Positions 50,770 through 63,001 of a stretch of 64,000 nucleotides of DNA are shown here, piece after piece (positions within the stretch are counted from its first letter, which is position 1; the number at the start of each line of letters is the position of its first letter). The DNA is taken from assembly GCA_958009085.1 (NCBI GenBank), contig OY253671.1, forward strand, positions 248,001 to 312,000, written 5' to 3'. This stretch comes from Protoeuglena noctilucae. Its lineage: Eukaryota. Made by a program: the position numbers and the translations under genes. Below the pieces are notes generated by a model, which saw only the letters and a list, made by a program, of their open reading frames with translations, was not told where the DNA came from and ran no database searches.

Positions 50770-50969
50770 NNNNNNNNNNNNNNNNNNNNNNNNNNNNNNN
50801 NNNNNNNNNNNNNNNNNNNNNNNNNNNNNNNNNNNNNNNNNNNNNNNNNNNNNNNNNNNNNNNNNNNNNNNNNNNNNNNNNNNNNNNNNNNNNNNNNNNN
50901 NNNNNNNNNNNNNNNNNNNNNNNNNNNNNNNNNNNNNNNNNNNNNNNNNNNNNNNNNNNNNNNNNNNNN
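50770..50969. other. Assembly gap (200 N)
   Basis: Run of n; a THO2 exon (KGSPVRGAGDEGG..REE) runs into it. Confidence 1.
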
Positions 50970-53900
50970 TTTCTCCTCGCGTGCGCCTCTGTCCTCACGA
51001 ACCCCCTTCCCTTCCGCAGGCAGCTTGCGACCACCCTCATCCCCCGCCCCGCGCACAGGCGACCCTTTCTGCGGCGAACAAATAGCCAATGTACAGTTGC
51101 AAAACCCTCTAAGTCTCCCCTGACACACTCCCGTCGCACGCAAAGAAAGCATTACTAGCGCTATGACAGTACCTAATTGCTCGCACATCGTGGCTGTCCC
51201 ACTCCTCGATGCCCCTCACCTGCCCCTGCGCCCCGTCGCCGTTCTCCCTCCGCCCATCGCCCCTCCCATCCTCCCCCTTGCCACCCGCCCCGTCACCCTC
51301 AGCCCCCTTCTTAGCAGCACCCGCGTCCTTCGCATTTCTCCCCGGCTCCTCCATAGTAGAACCCACCGCACTGTCGCCATCTCCCTCTCGCGCCCGCTTC
51401 GCCGGTCGCTTTGTCGGTGCACCCTCCGCCGACCCCGCCTCTCCGCCCTCGCCCTCTGTCCGCTTCGTCCCCGCACCCGCTGCGCCCCCCGTGCCCTGCG
51501 CCGCTGCTTTGCTGGCCGCCTGGGCAGCCCTCTGGGCGTTCTGCTGAGCGGCGGCCTGCGCGGCCATCTGCGCGTTAAAGAAATGGGGCAGAGAGTTGCA
51601 TAGTCACACAAGCTAGGTAATTAGACTGTGCTGCTTTGATCTGTGTGCCCATGCACTTGCGCCGCCCATCCCGCAAGCCCCCATGCTGCCATGCCCCCAC
51701 CTAACAAGCCCCCATGCTGCCATGCTCTTATATCCCCACCCCGCCCTCACCGCCTCCAGCTTGGGGAATCGCTTCACCAGGTTGCGCATGCACGTCTCCG
51801 CCGCCACACGGATCCTGCGGTCAAAGAGACGCGATAACATCGATTACATGCGACGTTACAGGGGCGGCCATTGAAGCAGTTAAGAAAACCCAGTTCGATA
51901 ACCAACGGGCATCTGCACCAACAGCTGTCCCTACCACTGTCCCCCATTCCCAGCGGCCCCCGCCCCTCACCCCTGCGCCCCTCGTTTCCGTGCGTCCGTC
52001 TCGAGCCCGATGCAGGTGGCCAGGAGGAGCCGCGCCTGCTGCTCGGCCTGGGGGAAGACCGAGAGCTTGTTGAGCAGCGCGAGGGTGCTGTTCTGCAGCA
52101 CGGGCTCGGGGGACTTGAGGCACGCCACGAACGATCGCATGGCGTCGCGCTCCCATCGGGACGTGGCTTGGATGAACCAGACGTGCGGGGTGCGCTCGCC
52201 CTCGACGGGCGCGAAGCACTTGCTGAAGCCCACGAGGGCCTTGCACTCCCGGTCGTACACCTGCGGCGGGAAGGGGGTTACAGTTGCGGTCGCGAGGGGG
52301 TCAGTGACACAGTCACAAGCGTCAACACTTGTGTCAAAAGGGTCATCACTGCCACTCGTGGCATGACTGGCACGACATCCCCCCGAACCATGGACCATGC
52401 AACCCACAGCGTGACATCCAGATCGATATCGAGTCATTAAGACCGTCCCAGCCACCACTGGTCGCGCCCCCCCAGCCACTCGCCTCTTCCGACGCGGCCC
52501 ACCGCGCCTGCTCCCTCAGCAGCAGGTCGATGAAGAAGGTCACGTGCATGACCTCGAGGTCCGTGGAGCCGAACAGCATCTGCGGGACCTGCCCCAGGCA
52601 CTTGCCGAAGAACGACAGCGTCGAGAAGTGCGGGGTGCCGATGGCGTTCATGGTCAGCACGAAGTGGGCGCAGAAGAGCGCATCCTCCGCGGACAGCAGC
52701 GCCCGGGGCCATATGCAGTGCTGGAGCAGGGCCGTGGGCACCGCCCGCACGCTCTCCTTGCTGTCGCCTCGGAACCACCCCCCGCACCGCGCCTGCAGCA
52801 TGCTGCGCACGGCCGCGACCACCTTCTCCTGCCGCGCGCTCTCCCGCGTCAGGTGGTCCACCCGGTCCTGTGCCGCACGCAGGGCAGCCGCGCCCTCACG
52901 CCGTTGCGCGCTCCCGGAGGACTGGTGCTCGGCATGGGCCTGGCTCAGGGCCTCCTTGGCTGCGGAGGGGGAGGAGATAGTCGCAACTGGGTCGAAGTGC
53001 CAAGCCAGGGGCGTCTTATCAACACAGGCTGTCTTCTGTCGTGTTGTGCGGGTGCGTGCAGGTGCGTGCAGGGTGCATGCAGGTGCGTGAGGATGCAACG
53101 CAGCCGCCGCGTCGCCCCCACGTCGTCTCACCGGCGGCGATGGCGCGAGAGTAGGACTCCCTGGGGTAGTGGATGTCGCACAGACTGAGCGACCAAAAGA
53201 TGGCGACAAAGTCCGGCGTCAGTGCCTCCCATGCGTTGGCGTGGTCGCCGTCGCTCAGGGCCTCTCTCACGCGGTCCCTCATGCGCTCGTATCGCTCCTC
53301 GATCTCCGCTTGCTGCGGCGGGGAGCAGGACGGGCAATAACGACGGGGTCCATGCACCATGGACACTGTCGATAGAATGTGTTGTTAGTGAAGCATAGCT
53401 AGAGGACAGACATTGGTAATACTACCGATCCTGTCATGCACATCCCGATACACTGCTGCCAGTGTGCGCCTCTTGTCTGTGTGCGTGCGGGTCGGAGACA
53501 CGCGCTGTGCATATTTACGGCTTCCAGGAACCCTCAAAAGCCCCCACTGTTAACAAATGTCACCTTGTCGGGCTCGATCGGCGGATTGGCGGTTCCCGGC
53601 GGGGGTGGCGGCGCGCACTTGCGCAGGAGAGGCCGGTGGACCATGAACGCGACCTCGGGCTCAATGCCGTAGGTGTGGATGAGGTCTTTAAGGGAAGGGA
53701 TGGCCTGCAAGGGGAAGCTTGGGATCGGGAGTGACGCACACAGCTGAGGAGGGGCGGTGGCATGTGGCACGGGGGAACAACAGTGCCTACAAGCAAAGCA
53801 CCGTGCGCATTTGCCATGAGAGCGGCAATGCCACCACCACCACCACCACTACCCATACCAGGTAGTCACAACACCGCTTCGGGCTTGCATGCCCGCACTC

Positions 53901-56900
53901 AGCGCCACCAACCCCCCGTAGACAGTCGCACCACCGCCTCACGCTCCCACGCCCGCACTCACCGCCTCGAGTCGCTCTCCCTGCAGCCCCATGTGCAGGA
54001 CCTTCACGTACTGCACCAGCGCCAGCAACGCCTCGTCCATCTGCGCCATGCGGACCCGCAGGCCGGAGATCTCGGAGTCTGCGAGCAGAGGTGCTTGGTG
54101 TTAAATGACTGTGTCGGCAAGTAGAGGCGATGCATGGTGGCATGACAATGCAAGCCCGGCCCATTGCTGGATGACACAAACTACGATTCATGTCCGAGCC
54201 TCGCTGTGCTCGCGTGCCCAACCTTGGACATGACTGCCCCCCAGGTCCGCTCACCGTCGCAAATGATGTCGCGCAGCTGCCCCAGCAGCACCAGGATGGG
54301 CGTCAGCAGTCGCTCCCTTGGCCCTCCCGCCTGCAGCGCGTCAATCAGCAGCCGCGGGAGCTGGGCGGGCGGTCGCGCGAGGGTCGTGGACACGGCTTGG
54401 ATTAGGATGGGACCACCGCCCAGCGCGGCCAGGAGATCCTCGCCGTTGGATTCACAGAAAGGGATGCCCGTCATCTCACTGCGAAGAAGCGAGCGGGCGG
54501 GGCGGCTGATGGGTGCTGGTGGGGTGGCAATGGGTTTGGGCGAGGTGCACGGCGCGGCGTGGCTGGGGCGGCGGCGAGTCTTGGCATCTCGCCCGCGCCA
54601 TGCATCGTGTTTCTGACATCTTCCCCATCCTCGAGTCTCGCCTGAGGACGTTGCTCAGGACCCAGACGCCCTCGTTGATGGCGGTGGGCTCTGCCTTGGA
54701 CGTGCCGGGGTTGAGGACGAAGCTGTCCGACGATCCCTTCTTGAGCCTGCGGGAAGTCGAGAGAAGGGCAAGGGTCGCCTAATTGGCAAAGGACGGTGCC
54801 CCTGTAACGCGCTGGACAAGGAACGAGCGGCGCTTGTTCGTAGTAACTAACAATCGCATAGGATCATGCGTTGTTGTCGCCGCCAAATGACACAGCGCGA
54901 TTAAAAAAACCAAAGCGCTCACCTGTTCGCCACATACTGCAGGATGGCGGGCAGGTGCACGGTGAACTCGGTGCCCCGCTTGCAAATCTTCCCAACCATC
55001 GTCGCCAACGCCTCCACCCAGTCCTTGCCCCCCAGCTCTACCGTCTTTTTGGCTTTGCTGGCCGACAGCCGCGTCAGCAGGCCGTGCACCACCACGTCCT
55101 GGCCCAGGGGCGTTAGCAGGCTCAGGCATTTGACCACCGTGTCCATCAGGGCAGGGAAACCCTCCACCTGCGTGGGTGCGGGTGCGGGTGCGGGTGGGTC
55201 GGGTGTATGTTTCGAGGAAGCGCCTACCTTCGCGGAGCTCACATCCACAATGAACAACGGTGCGTGTGCGATGCCAGCATCGTAGTGTCTTGGGTCTCAA
55301 CTCATCCCTCTCATCCCTGTAACCCCCGCCACCCCTCAAGCGCCCACTGCGCCCCTTTCCCTCGCCTGGCTGAGGATGAGCTCGGCGGCCTGGAGGGGCA
55401 CGGCGGCCGCCGCCCTCGCCACAGCACGGTTCTTGACCTCGGCCTCCTCCTCAGCACGTTTCCGCTCCTCACGGTCCGCCTCGGCGACTCGGATGGCGCT
55501 GAAGCGCTTCAGCACGCGGCGGAGCTCCTTGTGCGCGCGGCCGATGGCGCCCTCGACCAGAGGGTCCACCAGGGGCATGCGGGACTGCACCTCGCTGTAC
55601 AGCCTGCGGGGAGGGAGAAGGACGGGGGCTGTAGAGGGTGCAAGAGGACCAGTGATATGTGGCGAGTAATGTTGATGGACCACCCGTGACTACATGGCAC
55701 ACAAGGCGCGATAGACGGACGGCACCACTGCGCGCAGGCATGCGCATCGCGAGCGAACGGGTCGCTGGGGGTCCCTTTGCAACCCGCGCTGTGCCCCTCT
55801 CCCCTCCTCAGTCGTCACAGCTGGCCCCTCGCCTGAAGCGCTGGGTGTAGGGCATGAGGCTCACGACGTCCCAGACCTCCCAGGCCAGGGCGGCCATGGC
55901 GGGGCGAAGGGCGATGGCAGGGAAGACGCATGAAACCAGGATGCCCTCCACCTCCTCCTGTTGGGCCTTGGCGGCGGCGACGGCGGGGTTCTCGACGTCC
56001 GTGAGGCCCGGGAACACCCCGGTGCGGAGCCAGGGCTGGCAGCGGGTGAGGAGGAGGTGGCGTAGGATGCGGCAGACGCGGGGCACCAGGCGGACGCTGC
56101 GTGCGATGTGGAGGCCGCAGGCGCGGATGTCGTCGAGGATCGAGTCGGGGAGATCGGGAAGGCCCGCGGCGGCCTCTGCGGGGGCGGGGAAGGGCCGGGG
56201 TGGTGGACGGCGGGCGGCTCATGCGATGGGAGGGTCACAAGGCAGCAGTGACGGGCTGGGACGATGACTGGGGTGCCAAAGAGCAGGGGCTGTGACTAGC
56301 ATCGCCCGGCTGCGGCTAGCTACCAGTTGCACCGCCGCAGGGAGGGCGATAGTGGTGACTAGTGGCTTACTTGGGTACTGAGCCCACTTGTTTGGGGATC
56401 GGTAGTCGTCGAGCAGACACCGTCCGTGCCTCAGGGACCCTCCGTGGAGTGCCAAATGGAACTCCTCCGTCTGCAAATGAGAGACAGCAGCCACGATGGG
56501 GTGAGCAACACGCTAGAAGGGCGACGCTGTGTAACAGTCCAGGCATCGATGCGACACGGCAGCCTCCCAGCACCCTTCCAAAAACATTCCCGCCGCTTCC
56601 TGTCCAGCCATGTCCCATCGACGAAACGGCGCGCATGCTGAACACCTCAAGCGGGTCAAGCGCTGCAAGCGTCAACCCTGCTCCCAGCCTCGCCTTGCGC
56701 TCCAAGCACGCACACATGCCCGTGGCCACCTCTGGCCACAGCAGGAGCTGCACTTTCTGCGCGTGGAGCTTGCGCAGGATGCCGGCGGCTTCGTCCCACG
56801 CCCCCAACTCCAGCAGGGCCGCCACGAGGGCTGCCTTCTGATCCACGGGCGGGAGCTCCTGGAGGGCAGCCGTCGTGACCTGCGAGCGATGGTTGGTGAA

Positions 56901-58688
56901 AGCAGTGGTTGATGTATTCCACACGAACCATTGGACAAAATGGCTCTACTTATCCGTGAGGGAGGGCTCACCTCCTCCACGCCCAGGGGGGGGCTGTCGG
57001 CCGCCACGCGCTCCCGGTCTGACAAAGTCATCGCGCCCAGGCGCCCCGCCTCCGCCCGCGCCGCTTCCCGGGCCTTGGCGTGGCTCGAGACCAGCGTCTC
57101 GTCCGCGGGTGACAGATAGACGTACAGCGACTTGACCTGCGGGCAGAGGGAACAACATGGGGGCGCTGATGTGCGCGACATGCGTGGCGGGCTAGCCCTA
57201 ACCCTAACCACTCCGGCTCGTCCGCGTCTCCCCGCCATGAGTAGCTTTCTTAGCAAGCCCGCGTCCAGCCACTCTTGCAAGCAGCGACCCCTCACCTCGC
57301 ACAGCCCCCCAGCGACGAGGTGCGCCGCCACCCGTACTGCGGCGTTGCCCTCCTCGCTGGGCACGGCCCTACGCGTCTGCGCCGGCTGCGCGTCGCTCTG
57401 CTGCTTGGCCTGCGCCGCGTCGGCCTCGTCCTGCTGCGCCAGGTGCTGGAGCCGGAAGCCCATGATCTGAGGGACGGCGCTGCGCGGGAGGTGCAGCTGG
57501 CGGAGGAGCGCGACGAAGGCCGGGTTGTCCGGCTGGCGCTCGAACGCCGCGAGCACAATGTCGACGACGCGGATGGGGTCCACGTGGAAGTGGCCCATCA
57601 GCACCTTCAGCTCCAGCACCACCTCTTCCAACGACGTCGCAGTCAGGCGCCCGCGGCCGAAGCCGTTCAGGAGCGTCACGAGCTTCGAGTAGCCCTCGTT
57701 CTCCTCGCGCAGGAGGTTGAACTTGCTCGTGATGTACACCAGCTTGGTGTTGATCTGGACAATGCGCTTGTTGAAGCCGGGCGCGTCCTGGATCAGCCCG
57801 CAGTCCACCAGCATCTGCGATGCCAAATTGCAATTTGTATCAGCATATCGTCTGCGATGAACGCAAGCGATCGGGGCGGCAGGATCGCGGCGAGCGCACC
57901 TCAGGCTCTTGCGTCTCCATCACGAGTCGACGTTTCAGGACCTGGGCTTTCAGCAGCTCCTTCGCCAAGTCCGCCATACGCTCCTTGTACGGCGCGATCT
58001 GCGCCTGCGAGCACGGCACCGGCGGAGGGGTTTGCAGGGGAGAGGGGCCGCAGCGAGGACCGGCGTCGCTACCGCCGCCGCATGCTGCACCTTGGTCAGC
58101 TGGCCGGAGGTCTCCGCGAAGTCCACTTCGCACCACACCATCCACAGCATGTCTACCAGCGGCACGCGCGATGCGTCCCGGGCCCCGTCCTCAGCATCCA
58201 CCTCCATCGATGCATTGGAAGGCGCGGTGTCCTCATGGTCTCGCTCCCCGATCTCAGCGAGGGGGATGCCCGCGCACTGCACCCCGGCTAGGAACTGCGA
58301 GCGCAAAGGCAGCCTTGCTGTTGCATCAACAAGTAGGCTTGGTCGCCCGCCCCAGCGCGCGGCGGGAAGCCGCACCTTGTCCGCGGGGAGCTTGCCGTTA
58401 GCAACTGCCCAACAAAGTTCCATGACGTAATCCTTGCGATTGTCCGGCTTGATTCCCGGGACCGTCGGCGCGGCATCGCTGGGGACCCTGCGGAGCGCAG
58501 ACGGTGAAAGTCAGCCGCTGACTCTCACGCCCGCCTCCGGATGGCGCATGCGGGGGCAAAGACAGATAGCAAATAGACTTAAGACCAGCATGCCGCAGCC
58601 CGCTCCACCTGCGTCCCGTCGCGATGTCTGCAACAGTGCTCTCCCTCAGGAGGCGTGGTGCAGGGCCCAGGCAAGGGGCGTCCCCCAT
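50970..58688 (-). CDS. THOC2: THO complex subunit 2; 3' end runs into the gap
   Basis: INTKLVYITSKFNLLREENEGYSKLVTLL; LMGHFHVDPIRVVDIVLAAFE; LMPYTQRF; KELRRVLKRFS; WVEALATMVG; LTPDFVAIFWSLSLCDIHYP; LLQHCIWPRALLSAEDALFCAHFV..TPHFSTL; L.KLSVFP. Start tentative. Confidence 0.88.
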
Positions 58689-59155
58689 CTTTTCCGCAGC
58701 TATCAATAGAAACACCTGCCCAAGCCCAGCATCGACAGTCTCTGGGACGAGACGGGCACGATCGCGTCCGGGGCCTGAATGCGGCTGGAAGCGTGGCGTT
58801 CAGGGCCTGGCAGCGCCTGGGGGCCTCTCCTGCCGCGCACTTCGATGCCGCCGGGATGCAACAGAGTCGATGTGCGAGGGAGCGCGAAGGCAGGTGCTGA
58901 GAACGCTTGCGTGAAGCGAAACTCGCACTTCCTTTTGGAGTCGCAAGAGTCACCAGACAACAGGCGCACGGATGCTGGCTCACAGCGATGGTAAGATGGG
59001 CCAGCAACTCGGCGAGTGCTGGCGCGCTCTCCTCTGAGCTAGGGGCTGGAACGCGCCAGGACTGGCGCCGCACCGTGGTCTGACCTGTTGTGCACCACGT
59101 TTGCGGCAAGCTCGGCAGTCCTCGTCCATCCGAGGAGGCGGAGACACCGTCGGCC

Positions 59156-60533
59156 ATGACCGAGGAGGGCCAGCTCAAGGAAGAGGAGGTGGACGTGGCG
59201 CACGCAGGAGTAAAGAGGGCAGCCGAGGGGTCGGAGGAGGAGGAGGGCGCGAAAAGAGCGAAGACAGAAGCTGAGGACCAGGTGCGGCTGAGGACGCCAC
59301 AGGATGAGAGCATGGCGGATGCGTGGATGCAAACGAGCGTGTGCTTCGCGTTCCCTGTGGCGCAGATATCTTTGGCGCTGAAGAAGATTGCCGCCCACAT
59401 CGGGAACGAGAAGAAGTTCTCCAAAGCGTGCGGGCTGCTCACGCAGCTGCTCCACCAGCCCGGGGCCTTGCAGAAGGGTGCGTAGCGCTCCCGGCCGCGG
59501 CTGGTGGCCAGCAGGCCCGCGCTCGCGCTTGCTGATGGCCAAACCACCGGCGTTCTCTTGCAGGCCACGCGAATGCGCTGTTCGACTGCGCCGTAGCCGC
59601 GTTCAAGGACCCCGAGCTGCCCATTCGCGATGCCACGCTGCGCAAGGAGTTCCGCAAGCTCGTCGAGGACGTAGCGGCGCGGGCGGAGGTCCTGGAGCCG
59701 TGGCAGATCAGCGCCGTCGCGCAGGTGTACCGTCTGGTGTATTCACTGCGGCTGCAGCTCTTCACGGACGACAGCTTCGCCTTCTCGAAGATTGTCAAGG
59801 ACGTGCAGGCCGCCGTGGAGGTCCTGCCGTCCGTCTCCGACGACGATAAGGCGCAGCAGGTGCGTCGCGCGTACTGCTTTGCATGCGACCACACGTGGGC
59901 GCCAGGCGCTGAGATGAGTGCGCTTCGTTTCGGCTCCTCGCAGGAGGCACACAGGGTCGGGTGCAAGCGCCTCTTCCCCGCACTCGCCGAGCGCGTGCGG
60001 CAGGAGGCAGACCCGTTTGATGTGGAGGGCGCGATGGCGGGGGGGCGCGACGGGGACGTGTTTGGGATCGGGGAGCTGGCGGGCGCAGACACCGGTCTGT
60101 CGCTGAAGGAGATCGTTGGGGCGCGGCAGGAGGCCGTGCTGTTGTGCTTTGAGGCGATGCGGGAGATGTACCAGAAGCAGTGGGCGAAGGCGACCGTGGA
60201 CCTGGCGTTTCAGTTCTTGCTCGACCACCGCTCCAGGTTCTGTGCCGTGCAGCAGGACCGCATCACCAAGCTGGGGGCCTTCAGGCGAGCCATCGCAGCC
60301 CGCTGCAGCCCTGGGTTACAGCGTGCACCTTCCCAGCTTGCGAGCATGTGCAGCGTCTCGATGCTTGCAGCAAGGAGCAGAAGGCACGGCGGCGCATGAG
60401 CGGGGGCGGGCCGTCTGACATCGGGAGCGTGGAGCGTGCGGCGAAGGAGTGGTCCAAGCAGGAGTGGATCTCGAAGCGAGGGGCCGTGGGCGGGAGCAAG
60501 TCGGGTGGCTCCAACTACAACTGGCTCGGATGA
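59156..60533 (+). CDS. Uncharacterised protein, apparently conserved in the green lineage
   Basis: ISLALKKIAAHIGNEKKFSKA..LFTDDSFAFSK..DPFDVE..WAKATVDL..SRFCAVQQDRI..ISKRGAVGG..WLG*. Resembles a plant protein of unknown function as I recall it; not verified. Confidence 0.7.
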
Positions 60534-60726
60534 CGGGTGGTATTCACAAGCGGTTAGGTCTATCCTGAGAGTTTAGAAGATGGAAGGGGGTCGTGCCGAA
60601 ACGCGTGTCTCGCGACACGTGCCGGCATGCTGCGCGAAGGATGGGGAGCGCGCCGCCTCGAAACGCGGACCCCATATGTGCCAGATCCAATATGGAGCCA
60701 GTCAGGCCAATCGGGGCACGCCCTCC

Positions 60727-62753
60727 CTATTGGTTCAGCCATTGGAGGAAACTCTCGGCCCCACGAGCCACCGCCTGCTTCGCAGCTGACTTGAGTGAGC
60801 TCAGGTCCCCCGTCTGACCAGCGATCTTGATCTGCGCAATCAGGTTCGCCGCGCCCGCCCCCAGCTTGCCCATCCGGGGGCCCGGAGACCCCTCAGGGTC
60901 CACATCCCCGTCCCTGCAAACACGTGCACGGTGGGGGGGATGAGTCAGCCGTGCTGTGGGCAGCTGACATAGCCGAGACGCCCAGTTGCCCCAACCACAC
61001 CACACAGCGCACATGCCTGCGACTGCGGCGACGCACCCGTACAGGTCCGAGGAAGAGACCATGTCGGAGTCCCCAAACGCCGCCAGCTTGGCCTTGCTGG
61101 CGATCTTCTCCGGATCGTCCCCGTCGTCCCACATCATGTCGCTCGAGATGCTCTTGGCCCCCGCGAACCGGTCCACGGCCGTGGGCGCCTGCGCCTGGCT
61201 CGTGCTTGGGCCCGCGGCCATCACGAGCCCCGCGGCGGCGGCCGCCCCCGCGCCCGCGCCTCCCAGCACCATCGCCCCGGAAGACGCCGCCGCCGGTGCC
61301 TCCGCCTTCTCTGCCGGTGCTTGGTCGTACAAGCTGTCGTCCGTACGCTGGATCTTGGTCACCCCCAACCCCTTGCCGCTCGCCCCGACCTTCTGCGCAG
61401 AGGCGCAACGGCGGCGTGAGTGTCCGCGACAGCAGCCGGAGCAGAGCACAGCGCGGGGACCGATGGGTCCCGGGGCGACGCACCTTGGCACCCAGCACCA
61501 GGCGCTTGGTCTTGTTCTCCTGCGTTAAGGGCTGCCCCGAGGGCTTGATGACCTGCACCGCCGGCTTGGCCTGCGCCGCGGCCGAGGACGCCGCGGGTGC
61601 CTGGGGAACGCCGGCCGGCACGTCCGAGACGTCGATGTTCTTCTCTGCGGGCGCGGGCAGGGCCGTGGTGGTGGGTCCTTGTCACAGATCTGGCGAGGCG
61701 CGCCGAGGTCCACACCATGCATGCGACGCTCACGGGTGGTCTGCGGAGAGAGGGAGCCATTGGTCGGGGACAGGCCCGCGTCCTTGGCCAAGACCTCGCG
61801 GTACAGCTGCGCCGCCCGGGACGTGTACTTGGGCTCGATCTTGTCCGCGCCCGTCTCGTCCTGAAGGCACATGGGAGCGCGGGGCTTCAGGTGCGGCCCA
61901 GAGCTCGGGAGCAAGCAGCAACGCAGTCGCGCGCCCGTCACCCATCCGTGCTGCTTGAAGAACTCCCGGGCTCGCAGGTTGCCGCCCACGGACATGATCT
62001 TGAGCTGGTCCTGGTTCCAAGTGTCGAGCGTCGTGGATCGAACGAAGGACACGTGCGTGCCCAGAGACCGGTGCACGCCCGCGCACCCGAGGCAGATGAA
62101 GACGCCGTAAGGGATGGACGCCCACGTCGGGTTCTTCGCGGGACAGTCGAAACAAACCTGCGCTCGCGACAGGTGGCGCGGAAACGCTGAGAGCTCGCCG
62201 AGCCGCGCGCGCATTCGCGTCCCGCTGCGCGTCGCAGGCACCGCGGAATCCTCGCGTCGACAGGCGCGGGCTGGGCAGCCTATAAGCCCCAAGCGCTTGC
62301 TTATGAGATGGATCATTGGCAACCGGCCCTGCAGCGCGCCGGGCCTCCCCGAGGAGCGCTCGCGAGCATGGGCCCCTTGCCCGCGCTCTCCGAGAGACAG
62401 CAGGAGCAAAGACAGCTCCCGCTGTGTACACGTCACATAATTGACAAAGGGAGCGGCCTGGGCGCGATAATGGCTGCCCCGGCGCCCAGTCCCAGGGGAA
62501 TGGGGTCAAAGCGGAGCGAACGGCCGGGCGTTGCGGAACCTGGCAGTGAACATTGGCATCGTAACGCATGCTGAAACAGTCAAGGCGCCCGCCTTGTGCG
62601 CCTCGACGCGGGGGGCCCGACTGACGTTCCCGTGGGCCTGCCTGGTCGGGATGCCCACCGAAGACCCACCTTATTCTCCGGCTTGGAGCGCATCTTGCGG
62701 AACAGGACATCCCTGTCCAGCTCCCCCGAGTTTCCGAACTCCGCGGCGCTCAT
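60727..62753 (-). CDS. ARF GTPase-activating protein, ArfGAP2/3 (Glo3, AGD8-10) type
   Basis: [53 protein letters not shown] (zinc finger and Arg finger); [10 protein letters not shown]; Glo3-like [10 protein letters not shown] and VSSSDLYG. Confidence 0.92.
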
Positions 62754-63001
62754 CTTGGTCACCGAGGGTCCCCGCCCGCAGGTCACTGCGCTAGGGGCCG
62801 GGCGGGCGACTTGCGCGACGAGTGCGAGCGCGGAATCGTGAAGAGGTTGCACTGGCATTACCCTTCTGGCATGTTTTGCCAGAAATATCTGCCGACTTTC
62901 CCCCAGCGTTGCTGCGTTCCAGCTTGCTGCGACTTTGGGCAGCTGGCAGGGGGCAGGGTCGGATGTCGCTGCACTGCGCTGGATCAACTTTTTCTGCTCG
63001 A

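Noticed and set aside
50400..50770. Possible coding overlap of the Bin3 and THO2 3' ends, including a candidate TAA-ended last exon
   Set aside because: The frame cannot be carried across the 200-N gap, so neither end is resolvable.
57195..57210. ccctaaccctaacc telomere-like repeat in a THO2 intron
   Set aside because: Only about two units; compatible with chance.
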